A DNA stretch of 64,000 nt from an uncultured virus (IMG/VR IMGVR_UViG_3300012277_000001) (Duplodnaviria; Heunggongvirae; Uroviricota; Caudoviricetes): IMG/VR virus record IMGVR_UViG_3300012277_000001, positions 62,001 through 126,000 of that record; one strand, given 5' to 3'. Shown in pieces: positions 1-9,406 of this stretch. Below the pieces are notes generated by a model that worked only from the letters and a program-made list of their open reading frames with translations, was not told the origin of the DNA and searched no databases. The translations under genes were made by a program, and so were the position numbers. How positions within the stretch are numbered: the first letter of the stretch is position 1; every line of letters begins with the position of its first letter.

Positions 1-126
1 GACAAACTGAGCCGCGAGCACCACAAGTTGCTGGAAGAAATCAAAAAACTTCCGAAGAAAGAGAAGGCAAAGAAAACGGTAGAGGTCGATAAGATCAAGC
101 CGAAGAAAATCAAGAAAGCAGCATAA
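1..126 (+). CDS. 3' end of a gene entering the window (Lys-rich C-terminus ...KPKKIKKAA)
   Basis: Frame 1 open from base 1 to TAA at 124-126, followed by a hairpin. Confidence 0.75.
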   Translation, partial: DKLSREHHKLLEEIKKLPKKEKAKKTVEVDKIKPKKIKKAA

Positions 127-131
127 ACCAA

Positions 132-155
132 AATGGCGTCCTTCGGGGCGCCATT
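132..155 (+). terminator. UUCG-tetraloop hairpin (weak terminator or RNA-stabilising stem)
   Basis: AATGGCGTCC-TTCG-GGGCGCCATT right after the stop; poor U-tract. Confidence 0.55.
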
Positions 156-178
156 GCACTTTCTGGCAAAGGAAAACT

Positions 179-457
179 ATGGATATCCAGATTAATACCA
201 AGGCACTGTGTGAACAGATTCAGGAAGTCTTGCTAGATAAACATCCTGTGCTTTTTATCCGGATCGAACCAAAAGACACCAACGCACACACCATCGAAGT
301 TCTGGTTCCTGATACCGACGCAGAATTCGGCCTGATTATCCACCCCTACAAATCGGTAGAAGTCTGGCGCTGCAACGAAGATCCGGCGTCCATTGCGTTG
401 CTGGACTGGACGTTGGAATACATGTTGACCCGTGGCTATCAACAGGTGGCAAAATGA
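179..457 (+). CDS. hypothetical phage protein, 92 aa
   Basis: AAGGA SD; ATGA overlap with next gene. Confidence 0.8.
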   Translation: MDIQINTKALCEQIQEVLLDKHPVLFIRIEPKDTNAHTIEVLVPDTDAEFGLIIHPYKSVEVWRCNEDPASIALLDWTLEYMLTRGYQQVAK

Positions 458-1140
458 ATCTACAAGAATTCAAAGAGAAAGTTGAGGAACTGTTCGGCCA
501 TAAGTTCCACCTTGGAAATGATTCAGAGTACCGGCAGGTGCGCTCCTATTTGGGCCGTGTGCTGCTTGTCACGTGCCCCTACGGTCCAGCTGGTAGCATC
601 AAGCATGTGGAATACGCGGTGCGTGGTAACTTGCTGGAACTGAGGCCACGCCATGTGGCTGCACGTTGGAAAGAACCATCCCAAGATTTTTCCGATGTTT
701 TCGAACAGCTGGAATCCATGGCGAAGATACAGGCACGCCGCCATGGTTCCGATCTGGCAAATATCGAAAAGCACATTGCCGAACTCGAATTGATCCGCAA
801 ATGCGCGGTGCAATACATGCGTCACGAAGGTCCACGCCCTTCGGTTCGTGTTGTTCTGGCAAATTCAGATATTGCGCTGTTTGATATTTATGGGGATTAC
901 ATCAACTACGAACCGTCCTCGAAAGCCTTGGCAGCCAATGGCTTTACTGATATGCGTCTTCGGGCACCGAACAAAGCGGCGACCGTTGCAGAAATGATGC
1001 TGCTACCGATCACTGACAAAAAGCGGTCAAGCACGCGGTATGTTCCTCGCCGTGCCGATATCTTTGTGAGCAATGCGCGTTACGTTTTGCCCACCAACGG
1101 TGAAAATCCCTACGTTGAATTTGTGAGCGATGAAGAATGA
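454..1140 (+). CDS. hypothetical phage protein, 228 aa
   Basis: Coupled to both neighbours by ATGA overlaps. Confidence 0.85.
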   Translation: MNLQEFKEKVEELFGHKFHLGNDSEYRQVRSYLGRVLLVTCPYGPAGSIKHVEYAVRGNLLELRPRHVAARWKEPSQDFSDVFEQLESMAKIQARRHGSDLANIEKHIAELELIRKCAVQYMRHEGPRPSVRVVLANSDIALFDIYGDYINYEPSSKALAANGFTDMRLRAPNKAATVAEMMLLPITDKKRSSTRYVPRRADIFVSNARYVLPTNGENPYVEFVSDEE

Positions 1141-1445
1141 GTGCCCTTAATCCGATCAAGGCGACGGAGGCTCTTATGCGGAGCCTCATTCAAGAATTTC
1201 CTGATGTGATGTTTAGCCCGCGCACCAGCTGCGTACCCCACACCGAAAGGCCCGGTTGGAAAAGTGCCGATTTGGTTCTGTATTCGCACAATTTCACGGA
1301 TCTGGAAGTTCGCATTCACGTACTGGAAAGCGGCCAGTATGAAATCACGGCGGACCCTGACACTTTGTCGCAGGCTTGCCGGTCGTATTCCATGGGTTTC
1401 CTAGACGGACTCAATGACGCGCAGGCCTTCCGCGAGAAACTGTAA
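1137..1445 (+). CDS. hypothetical phage protein, 102 aa
   Basis: ATGA overlap with upstream gene. Confidence 0.75.
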   Translation: MSALNPIKATEALMRSLIQEFPDVMFSPRTSCVPHTERPGWKSADLVLYSHNFTDLEVRIHVLESGQYEITADPDTLSQACRSYSMGFLDGLNDAQAFREKL

Positions 1446-1495
1446 ACACTACAGGCACCAGTAACACCAACCCTCTGATAGACAAAGGATGCACC

Positions 1496-2191
1496 ATGAC
1501 CCAAGCAGCACAAAACCTGATTGACGCTTTCGCCATTACTGATCGTGTTCCCGCTTTCCAGTTGGCCGACTTCCTGTCGCGTATGGGTTCCCTGATCGGT
1601 TCGCGTGACGTGTTCGAGGAATCAGAAAACGCGGGTAGTTTCATCTATCGCAACCAAGCCACCTACGGCGCACTGACCCTCAACGTGCAGCCTCATGATC
1701 GTGTGGTCTATGTGAAATACCGGTCGGGTGCAGAAATGACCCGTTCGGATCGTTTCAGCCTCGATGATGGTGCACACTTCGAACAGTTCATGGCATCGTT
1801 CGAAAAACGCATCAATATTGCCAAAGTTTGGCATCGTGGGGCCGTGTTGATTGCCGAAGAACTGCTGGCCACCGTGCCCACCAGCGCGTTCCGTCACGAA
1901 GTGATTCGTCGTCCGTCGTACGAAAAGCCGTACCCATTCTGCGATTTCGTGCTGAAAGAATTCCCCGACGTTTGCATGCTGCGCGTTGCCCACGATGGTT
2001 TCTCGCTGTGGCAAGACGGCAAATTCCAGCGCGTTGAAAAATGGTCGGATATTGACACCCGCCCGATCACCGAAGAAGTTGAAGGTGAAGTGCAAGCAAT
2101 GTGGCGCCTCGGCACCGGCATTCTGTTCACCAGCGGCACCTTCGAACGTACCGAAAACGGTATCAAATTCGTTCCCGTAAAACGCGGGTAA
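1496..2191 (+). CDS. hypothetical phage protein, 231 aa
   Basis: AAGGA SD, strongly biased codon usage. Confidence 0.85.
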   Translation: MTQAAQNLIDAFAITDRVPAFQLADFLSRMGSLIGSRDVFEESENAGSFIYRNQATYGALTLNVQPHDRVVYVKYRSGAEMTRSDRFSLDDGAHFEQFMASFEKRINIAKVWHRGAVLIAEELLATVPTSAFRHEVIRRPSYEKPYPFCDFVLKEFPDVCMLRVAHDGFSLWQDGKFQRVEKWSDIDTRPITEEVEGEVQAMWRLGTGILFTSGTFERTENGIKFVPVKRG

Positions 2192-2200
2192 GGAACAAAA

Positions 2201-2962
2201 ATGGAAAAGGCCTCGGATTACGATGTAATTGTCGAGGCCGCTTGCAAGCTGATGGGGGCTGTGGCCACACCGGACCCGGCACCCCACATGCAGGCGGTAC
2301 GCAGCTGTGAAATCATTACCCCGGAAATGACGGTATCTGTCACCGAATATCCGGACTACACCAACACGTTCATCGACCATGCAACCAGTGCCATGCACCA
2401 GCCGGAAGGTGAGTGCGCATCGGATGCACTGCACCGTATTGACATGGAACTGCCAATCGCCCGGCGAGACTTTCCGGAATACGTGGATTCCTTGAATAAG
2501 GCTCAAGGAGTTTTTGCAGAAAAAACCAAAGCACAAAATCTGTGCTATGTGTCGAAAGCGGAACAACACCTTCCGGGTTATGACGTGTATTTGGCGGTCC
2601 CGAAAGACAGCAAGGTTAATCTGTTCCACCTCGGTGCCGAAACTACAGGTGAAGTGCATGTCAATCATGATGATATGCGTAGCTTCTACCACAAACGAAA
2701 CCTCAAAAGCGGGCTGTACGTTTTCAAATGCAGGGAACTCGATAACGTTCTACATATCGACTGGCGATCAGATGACTGTGGCTACCAAATGCGCAACCTG
2801 AGCACCATCCTGCAAACGGAGAAAAACGTAAAAGTCAAATTGCGCCGCTTCCTAGTAAAGCCTGAATTGGTGGAATCGGATGACGAACTTCCGGACACAC
2901 CGGAATATAATGAAATCATGATCACGTATGAGCACGTGTTCCTTGAGTTTTGGGTGAAGTAA
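2201..2962 (+). CDS. hypothetical phage protein, 253 aa
   Basis: TAAGGA SD, operon context. Confidence 0.85.
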   Translation: MEKASDYDVIVEAACKLMGAVATPDPAPHMQAVRSCEIITPEMTVSVTEYPDYTNTFIDHATSAMHQPEGECASDALHRIDMELPIARRDFPEYVDSLNKAQGVFAEKTKAQNLCYVSKAEQHLPGYDVYLAVPKDSKVNLFHLGAETTGEVHVNHDDMRSFYHKRNLKSGLYVFKCRELDNVLHIDWRSDDCGYQMRNLSTILQTEKNVKVKLRRFLVKPELVESDDELPDTPEYNEIMITYEHVFLEFWVK

Positions 2963-3661
2963 ATGGACCTGTACCAACATCCGGATTTCAAACGGCTGCA
3001 AGGTTTTGTGGCGGCTATCGTTGAGCGTGCCGCGTTGGCACCTGATCAAATGGGCCTTATCCCGTACTGCACGATGGCAGGCCCAACGGCGCGTCTGCAC
3101 GGCACCGTTTTTGAGGCCGGGGTTTTTATGGAACTTCAGCACCCGGCACGCCGACGCCCAATCACACTGAGCCTGATGATCAGTGATGAAATGGAATTCA
3201 ACGTAAGTTGGCACCTCGACGATCCAGATACGTTGGAAGAATTCACCAGTATGATTAACAACGGGCTGCGCATTGCCAACAACGTCGAAAATGTCGAGCG
3301 TGGCATCTGTGCCCCATTCAAGGTGCGTATCGCAGACTCACGTGGTTCCCACTTGATGCTGCGGGTGAAGCGTGCGTTAGAAAAAAGCGGAATTTACGAA
3401 GAACACGATCCACGCGATTGGTTCGGTAATGGCTCGACGGTTGTTGCGGATTTGCCCGTTGGTTGCATGCAGCTGACGGTTCACAGCGAAGAGCACGGCG
3501 ACGGTTTGATTTTGTTCATGCACTCGCTGGCCGGTGGGTGGGCCACCATGTTCGTAAACGACTGGATGTACGCCCCGGAATTCGCGGCTGTGCGCGTTTC
3601 TATGCAGAAGCGTTTCGAAAAAGCTGTAAAGGACCACAAAGAAGAAATCGAGGGCATTTAA
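2963..3661 (+). CDS. hypothetical phage protein, 232 aa
   Basis: Abuts upstream stop; TAATG coupling downstream. Confidence 0.85.
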   Translation: MDLYQHPDFKRLQGFVAAIVERAALAPDQMGLIPYCTMAGPTARLHGTVFEAGVFMELQHPARRRPITLSLMISDEMEFNVSWHLDDPDTLEEFTSMINNGLRIANNVENVERGICAPFKVRIADSRGSHLMLRVKRALEKSGIYEEHDPRDWFGNGSTVVADLPVGCMQLTVHSEEHGDGLILFMHSLAGGWATMFVNDWMYAPEFAAVRVSMQKRFEKAVKDHKEEIEGI

Positions 3662-3936
3662 TGAATGAACCAAAGTGGACTCTGACAGAATTGGCGCAGC
3701 ATAAAAAGATTTCACTGATTGCACTACGCAGTCGGATCAAATCCGAGCGCTGCCAAAAAGAAAACCCGCTGCCTTCTTATGTCTTGCAAGGCGAGATATT
3801 CATCAAAGGGTCGAAAGCTTCTGAGCACAACCTTTGTAAGCGCAGGGGCACGCAGCATACGAAGCGTTACGACAGGTCGCAGCTGCTGGCATGGTTTGAT
3901 CGAGAAGAACAGCACAAAACTTTCAAGCGGATCTAG
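3661..3936 (+). CDS. putative Xis/AlpA-like winged-HTH DNA-binding protein, 91 aa
   Basis: Start moved to TAATG overlap (MNEPKWTLTELAQHKKISLIALRSRI); C-terminal YDRSQLLAWF; paralogue of next gene. Confidence 0.6.
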   Translation: MNEPKWTLTELAQHKKISLIALRSRIKSERCQKENPLPSYVLQGEIFIKGSKASEHNLCKRRGTQHTKRYDRSQLLAWFDREEQHKTFKRI

Positions 3937-3938
3937 TC

Positions 3939-4220
3939 ATGGAAATGATATCCACCGACGAATTGGCGGCTATGAAAGGCGTGACCGCTAGCGGCGTACA
4001 GTGCCGTATTCTGGCAGCGCGTGCCAAGCGTGCACACAACGTGACGCCGCTGCCTGAAGAAATCGACGTTATAACCGACGCAAATCGGGGCATCGGCTTG
4101 TTTGCCAAGGGCGACCGCAAACCTTGGCCTAAATACTACGAAAAAGGCGCACTGTTGCAGTGGTTCGACTCTGAAAGTGCACGGCGCTCGTTCCATCGCC
4201 TGAAGCGTCGTAAAGTCTGA
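3939..4220 (+). CDS. putative Xis/AlpA-like winged-HTH DNA-binding protein, 93 aa
   Basis: ISTDELAAMKGVTASGVQCRI HTH-like start; YEKGALLQWF end. Confidence 0.6.
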   Translation: MEMISTDELAAMKGVTASGVQCRILAARAKRAHNVTPLPEEIDVITDANRGIGLFAKGDRKPWPKYYEKGALLQWFDSESARRSFHRLKRRKV

Positions 4221-4549
4221 TGGCGGGCCTGTTTGGGGAACGCGCACAGGTGCTAATCGGTCGTGTAAATGAGCCTCCTTTGGAAGGCTTTACCGATATC
4301 CGTGTGGATCGTAAAACCGTATTCGGAAACAAATTCCCGATCAGTCAAACCGGGTCACGGGTCAAAAGCTGTAAACTCTATGACGACTGGGCACAGCGGC
4401 GCATGGCGGCCCGCAAGCAATACTGGTATCGCATTACGCAGCTGCGAAAAATGCACCAGTCCGGAATTAACCTGCGATTACTGTGCCACTGCTGGCCCAA
4501 GCAATGCCACGCACAGACAATCCGCAATCTAATCTTGAGGGTACAATGA
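4220..4549 (+). CDS. DUF4326-family protein
   Basis: VDRKTVFGNKF and LLCHCWPKQCHA match the family's R.s.wGNPF and L.C.C.P..CH motifs. Confidence 0.8.
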   Translation: MAGLFGERAQVLIGRVNEPPLEGFTDIRVDRKTVFGNKFPISQTGSRVKSCKLYDDWAQRRMAARKQYWYRITQLRKMHQSGINLRLLCHCWPKQCHAQTIRNLILRVQ

Positions 4550-4926
4550 ATCATCCCAACGAAGAACGTTATCAGGAAGTGCTGGAAAAGATCGTCAAGT
4601 TGGCCGACGAATCGTTCCCTGTGAAATGCGCCGGTCGCTTCACCCGTGGTTCTAACCAAGGTGAGGATGGCCAGCCTAAAGCCCACGTCGGCATCATGAT
4701 CGTACGGGCTGAAGATCACGAAATCATGTGCATCGTTCGCCTGTGGCTCGACGATGGTAAATTCGAGGCCATTTCGCCCGCCCTGCCCGGCACAACAGAC
4801 GCCGAGCAATGCAGCCAAATACAAACGGCGCTGCGGGCTGCGTATTTCCACGTATGCCGTGACGAAATCAAAGTTGTGGAACATGCACTGACGTTCGATG
4901 GCAGTCTGCCGGAGAAAGGCGAATGA
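4546..4926 (+). CDS. hypothetical phage protein, 126 aa
   Basis: GAGG SD and ATGA overlap at 4546. Confidence 0.8.
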   Translation: MNHPNEERYQEVLEKIVKLADESFPVKCAGRFTRGSNQGEDGQPKAHVGIMIVRAEDHEIMCIVRLWLDDGKFEAISPALPGTTDAEQCSQIQTALRAAYFHVCRDEIKVVEHALTFDGSLPEKGE

Positions 4927-5585
4927 TCCTCAAGTGGTACGAAGCAAAAAAGGAAATGGGTTTCTATTGGGAATTCGAGCGCTTGGGTGGACCCGGCACC
5001 ATCATTCAAGTTTTCGACGACGGCATGTGGGGTTTCATCGGTTCCGAAGAGGCGCACTTTTTTGACGAAGAGTCTCACGGCAGTAACTACTACGTGAAGG
5101 CCGTGCAGCCGGATATCGAACAAATGCTGTCGCAACTTTCGTACAGCGGCCTACGCAATTTCCATAACGCGAACGAGAAATCTAAATTTCCTGAAAAAGT
5201 CGAAGGCTATTGGCGCCAGCACGATGTGATTCCAACGTACACTGGCGAGAAGTGCAATATGAAAAACTTCATCGCCCGCGACGGTTCGGAATACCCGTGG
5301 CCGGTAGTGTGGGAAATTCCCGAATTCGACAAGCAACTGTTCATCGACCATCTGGCAGACACCGAAGACAATCTGGCAGAAGTCAAAAAGTATCGTGGCT
5401 TTAGCATTTGCCGATTGACCGGTGCAAATCGAGGCTGTAACGAATACGAGTACGGCGGCTGGCGCTGGCCCGGTGGCTTTATCGAGTACGTTCGCATGGG
5501 TGTTCCGCCATCGCGTGCATTCTACGCATTCATCATGCAGGTCGAAGAGGAAAACTGTAAATACCTTCCTACCTACAACCGTTGA
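4923..5585 (+). CDS. hypothetical protein, 220 aa
   Basis: ATGA overlap; C-terminal YRGFSICRL...EY..GGWRWPGGF..Y block looks like a conserved domain. Confidence 0.8.
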   Translation: MILKWYEAKKEMGFYWEFERLGGPGTIIQVFDDGMWGFIGSEEAHFFDEESHGSNYYVKAVQPDIEQMLSQLSYSGLRNFHNANEKSKFPEKVEGYWRQHDVIPTYTGEKCNMKNFIARDGSEYPWPVVWEIPEFDKQLFIDHLADTEDNLAEVKKYRGFSICRLTGANRGCNEYEYGGWRWPGGFIEYVRMGVPPSRAFYAFIMQVEEENCKYLPTYNR

Positions 5586-5593
5586 GGTAAGGT

Positions 5594-6466
5594 ATGAATC
5601 AGGATCGCTATGCGACCAACAAATGGAATGACCGGAACAGGAATCGCAATATGGCCTTAACCGAGGCGAAACAAGAACAGCTGCTGAACGGCTGCAATTC
5701 TTTGGAGCGTAAAGTTTTCGAGCACGTTCCTATACAGGAAGCGTGGGACGCGAAGGAAATCAACCGAGTGTTTCACGCATCCGGACAATCGTCAGACCAT
5801 CACAGGCTACGGGCCGCCCTCGGTGGCCTGAAAGACAAAGGGTTAGTTCGAGAAATGCGACGTGACCACTTTCAACGTACTGCTGTAAAAATCCGTGAAC
5901 TTCGTGAACCGCTGGAGCGTGAACGTCCCGCCGTTCCGAAACTCGGTGACAGTATCGACGTAAACGCGCTGCGTCGTGCTGTTGTCGTGCCCACCAAACA
6001 AACCCGCGTCGAAGAGCCGGTAGAAGTCGAAGTGGTGGCAGAAGAATCACTGTACGAAGAGCCTTCAGTGGAAGCCGCCGAAGAAGTGGAAACTGCTGTG
6101 AATACCCAAGTCGCGGAAGCCTGCGACGTAATTGAAAAAACCGCCAAAGAAATCGAAGCTTACGAAGGGGAAGTGAACATGGTTGTACAGTCTCAAGCAG
6201 TTGCCGAAACCGATCCGCTGATCCAACTGAAGGCACTGGCCGAAACTGCAATCAAAATCTCGCTGGCTTCGAAAAACAAACTCGAACAGCTGTCGTCGCT
6301 GGCCATGCAAATCGCGGAAGAAACCGACGACCAACTGCTGGCCCTCGGTGAGAAGATCGAACAAGTAACGGCGATGCTGGAAGAACAGCAACAAATCGAC
6401 GCCAAACAGATGAAGAAATTCCGTCAGTGGAAGGCCCTGATGCACAGCCTGTCCGAGGACGATTAA
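5594..6466 (+). CDS. hypothetical protein with winged-helix-like N-terminus, acidic linker and C-terminal coiled coil
   Basis: GAGG SD; LRAALGGLKDKGLVRE resembles a wHTH end; E-rich middle; heptad C-terminus. Confidence 0.75.
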   Translation: MNQDRYATNKWNDRNRNRNMALTEAKQEQLLNGCNSLERKVFEHVPIQEAWDAKEINRVFHASGQSSDHHRLRAALGGLKDKGLVREMRRDHFQRTAVKIRELREPLERERPAVPKLGDSIDVNALRRAVVVPTKQTRVEEPVEVEVVAEESLYEEPSVEAAEEVETAVNTQVAEACDVIEKTAKEIEAYEGEVNMVVQSQAVAETDPLIQLKALAETAIKISLASKNKLEQLSSLAMQIAEETDDQLLALGEKIEQVTAMLEEQQQIDAKQMKKFRQWKALMHSLSEDD

Positions 6467-6729
6467 TGCTTGATCCGTTTGCGTTTCTCGAAGGCGTGAC
6501 GGATGCTGAGCGGGCCGCATTTGAACTGGGCTTAGTGTATGCCGACCTGTGCATGGGAAGCAAAGGCCCTTGGATAATGCGGGACCGCCCGCATAAAACT
6601 CTGCATGACATGGCAGATTGTTTTCACCTTCGTTTCGTAATCAAACCATACACGGAGCTAGATAAAACTCCGTGGCCGATGATCGAAGTTATGGGCTATG
6701 TAAAAACGCCCGATTTGAGGCTGATCTAA
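6466..6729 (+). CDS. hypothetical protein, 87 aa
   Basis: TAATG coupling (MLDPFAFL...). Confidence 0.7.
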   Translation: MLDPFAFLEGVTDAERAAFELGLVYADLCMGSKGPWIMRDRPHKTLHDMADCFHLRFVIKPYTELDKTPWPMIEVMGYVKTPDLRLI

Positions 6730-7038
6730 ATGGCAAAGGTCGATCTGATACACCCGGAAAAAGGCGTACCGGGTAAACGTTATTGGGTGTATCGGGCCGA
6801 TCCTGATATGCTCGACCGCCCACAATGCGTGCAGTGCTACGAAAACGGAGCGTACGTCAAATATGTATGCCGCGACGGGGCAATGACTACGACGATGGTC
6901 CCGCGAGAAATGCAGGGCTGTCGGCTGGTTGAGATTGTGCCGCCCGATCCAGCGGACGTGCTGCGCTACATGAAACGCCAGCGGTTGATTAAACCGAAAC
7001 CAGATGCGGCAGAAACCGCAAATATTTTAGGCATCTAA
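6730..7038 (+). CDS. hypothetical protein, 102 aa
   Basis: GAGG SD, abuts upstream stop. Confidence 0.7.
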   Translation: MAKVDLIHPEKGVPGKRYWVYRADPDMLDRPQCVQCYENGAYVKYVCRDGAMTTTMVPREMQGCRLVEIVPPDPADVLRYMKRQRLIKPKPDAAETANILGI

Positions 7039-7050
7039 GGAAGTGTGTAA

Positions 7051-7623
7051 ATGGCTTTGATCGTAAGTCGTGAACAGCTGTACCGGGTTCTGAGTGACGA
7101 CGGACACATGGCGTTGTGGCCCGCACACACCGAGAAAGGGAAAACGCGGTACGCCCATGCATGTGTTGGCCAACCTTTCGCCCGGCTGCATGTTGGTGAC
7201 AAGGAACCGGCTTTTCTGTCGAACGAAAGTGACGTTATTTTCACAGGTCCGCACCTGAAGAAGATCGACGCGCTTTCCATCACCAAATTCAATCCGACGT
7301 ATGTTTACCCGAATGAAGAACTGATGACGTTCGGCAAACTCGACCGTTTCTACATGTCGTTGCTGAAGGCAATTCACCGCCCGGTAATCATTTCGCCGTT
7401 GAAGAAAGAACAGCAGTTCCGGGCACCTAGCGACGTTGACGGCACCGATCCACTCATTGACGAAATCTTTTACGATTACCTCAAAATCGACCAAGCTATT
7501 TACGTCGAGACGCTGTGTGGTGAACAAGGCTTCAACACCGATAAGTTGAAAGCCTACATGAAAGCGCACAACCACAACGCCGGTTCGCTGTGGACCATGC
7601 TGCGTAACAAGTGGGTCGAATAG
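7051..7623 (+). CDS. hypothetical protein, 190 aa
   Basis: TAAGGA SD; last gene before terminator. Confidence 0.85.
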   Translation: MALIVSREQLYRVLSDDGHMALWPAHTEKGKTRYAHACVGQPFARLHVGDKEPAFLSNESDVIFTGPHLKKIDALSITKFNPTYVYPNEELMTFGKLDRFYMSLLKAIHRPVIISPLKKEQQFRAPSDVDGTDPLIDEIFYDYLKIDQAIYVETLCGEQGFNTDKLKAYMKAHNHNAGSLWTMLRNKWVE

Positions 7624-7638
7624 CGGTCCAGAAACGAC

Positions 7639-7676
7639 AAAGCCCCCGAATCCATTGCGGAAACGGGGGCTTTTTT
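7639..7676. terminator. bidirectional intrinsic terminator at convergent junction
   Basis: AAAGCCCCCG-AATCCATTGCGGAAA-CGGGGGCTTTTTT between convergent genes. Confidence 0.85.
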
Positions 7677-7687
7677 ATGCCTGAAAT

Positions 7688-8134
7688 TTACCCATATGCC
7701 ACGGCGTGCTCATGGCCCTCTACGTGCGCCTCGATGTAGACCCGTGGCAGCATGGCCGTAGGCTCGCACAGGGCCTCAAAGAAGGCCGCTACGCTGTCTG
7801 ACGGGCGTTCCCATAGCCGGATGGTGCCCACGTCCACGAACACGCTGCTAGTGAGCAACGCGACGTTGGCGAAGTCTGCGATCCGGTGGCCATGGTTGCG
7901 CAAGTAACGACCCACGTCCGGGCAGGCCAGCGGCAGGTGCACGATGGCATCCAAGACCCCCAATTCTTCGAGTTCAAGTTTGCGCCATTTAAAATCAGCA
8001 GTACGGCACACCACAAGCGTTTTGCCATAAGCAGACCCTTGCGAAATGGTGGCCAGCAAAGCAAACGATTTGCCTGCGCGCTGAGGGCCGATGAACATTA
8101 GAGAACGTTGCGGAATTTTCAAGTCATGGTTCAT
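7688..8134 (-). CDS. small P-loop-like protein (thymidine-kinase-like Walker A, probably degenerate)
   Basis: FIGPQRAGKSFALL; GAGG SD; no clear Walker B. Confidence 0.55.
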   Translation of the reverse strand: MNHDLKIPQRSLMFIGPQRAGKSFALLATISQGSAYGKTLVVCRTADFKWRKLELEELGVLDAIVHLPLACPDVGRYLRNHGHRIADFANVALLTSSVFVDVGTIRLWERPSDSVAAFFEALCEPTAMLPRVYIEAHVEGHEHAVAYG

Positions 8135-8163
8135 ATGGGTTTCCTCTTAGTCGGGAATTAATT

Positions 8164-8607
8164 TCAGTTCAAAACGATTTTGCGGTTGGCTTTAGCCACG
8201 TACGAAACGTGAATGTAAGAACCGCGCTGTTGCAGAATGTCGAACGTCTGCTGCTGAAGCCATTCGAAAATGGCAGTGCTTTCGTTCGAAATCAGCGATA
8301 CTGCACAGCCCAAAACGTGCTGCTTGTCGTTGAGGTAGCGTGCCCAATTCGCCTCGTTGAAGGACAGGCCATTTTCGCGCAGCCAGTCGTAGTAACTGAC
8401 CTTGCAATACTCACGCTCAAGTGCGGGGCTGCGATACCAACTGACGATCCGAAAATCGAACTTTTCACGCAAAGGTTCCAGAATGTTTTCTGCAACTTTT
8501 TCGGCGGCCAGCAAAGCTTCACGTGGCGGCGTGTTGTCGATCTTGGATTTTTGGGCCAGCAGGTCAAAGCCTACGTCAAGGTCCGAGTAGTGTTCACTAA
8601 TCCGCAT
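8164..8607 (-). CDS. peptidase M15-family (M15_3-like) endolysin candidate
   Basis: ILEPLREKF..RIVSWYRS, QHVLGCAV and YIHVSY motifs; adjacent to membrane and lipoprotein genes. Confidence 0.75.
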   Translation of the reverse strand: MRISEHYSDLDVGFDLLAQKSKIDNTPPREALLAAEKVAENILEPLREKFDFRIVSWYRSPALEREYCKVSYYDWLRENGLSFNEANWARYLNDKQHVLGCAVSLISNESTAIFEWLQQQTFDILQQRGSYIHVSYVAKANRKIVLN

Positions 8608-8616
8608 TCCATTCCC

Positions 8617-9063
8617 CTACAGCGCAAGGCCTACAATGGCCAAAGCCTGCCAAAAGATTTTCTCAATTTTCCACCAACGCTGATCGTTTTGGTGGTCCTC
8701 AAACTCCTGTGCGTAGCGAGCGTAGTTCTCGTTAGCACGGGCCTCCTGCTGTTTCGCAATGTCTACCATCAAATTATATTGTTCAATTGTCTGGTTGTGC
8801 GCTTGCGCCAGCAGGTTCAGGCCTTTGGTGTTTGCGGCTGCCTGTTTGGTGTAATCGGTAAGCTGGTCTAACTGGGAAACAGTAAAACCAGCATAATCGA
8901 CGTTGTTAACTACCAGCGGCGTCGGGTCCGGCCTTTGTGGTAGGGACGCCTGCAACGTAATTTTTTCCAACTTGTTCAGCTGCATGTTCGACTGCGGCGG
9001 CTGTGGCATTTGGCTTGAGCACGCCGGGAGGAACAATGATAGAAGGAGAATTACCCATTTCAT
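8617..9063 (-). CDS. lipoprotein, spanin candidate
   Basis: MKWVILLLSLFLPAC lipobox-type signal, coiled coil, hydrophobic C-terminus IFWQALAIVGLAL. Confidence 0.7.
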   Translation of the reverse strand: MKWVILLLSLFLPACSSQMPQPPQSNMQLNKLEKITLQASLPQRPDPTPLVVNNVDYAGFTVSQLDQLTDYTKQAAANTKGLNLLAQAHNQTIEQYNLMVDIAKQQEARANENYARYAQEFEDHQNDQRWWKIEKIFWQALAIVGLAL

Positions 9064-9403
9064 TTTGTGCTGCCTCGATTTTTTCCAGTGCAGTGCGCAC
9101 AGCGAGAGGCATGGGCGGTTTGCCGATCATGGAATCAGCAGCAATACCGATTGCGAAATAGGTGGCTTTACCAACCCCCGGTTCCAGAATCACGGTCGTG
9201 ATGAATGCGGCAACTGCCCCCGCAAAAACAAGCACCGTTCCCTTCACATCGTCAAGCCAGTAAGAACTGAGCTTGATCCCCTCACGTTTGCACTTCCAAA
9301 TCCAGTTGACGATCACCCCGGCCAACGTGCAGATGAAGAACCCACCTGCGCTGTCGAGCGGAATTTCAATTGCGTTTTCGATGCTCTTAATCAGGAATTC
9401 CAC
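8906..9403 (-). CDS. holin-like membrane protein (2-3 TM segments)
   Basis: GTG start with GGAG SD; hydrophobic segments GGFFICTLAGVIVNWIW, VLVFAGAVAAFITTVIL, TYFAIGIAA. Confidence 0.65.
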   Translation of the reverse strand: MEFLIKSIENAIEIPLDSAGGFFICTLAGVIVNWIWKCKREGIKLSSYWLDDVKGTVLVFAGAVAAFITTVILEPGVGKATYFAIGIAADSMIGKPPMPLAVRTALEKIEAAQNEMGNSPSIIVPPGVLKPNATAAAVEHAAEQVGKNYVAGVPTTKAGPDAAGS

Positions 9404-9406
9404 GGT

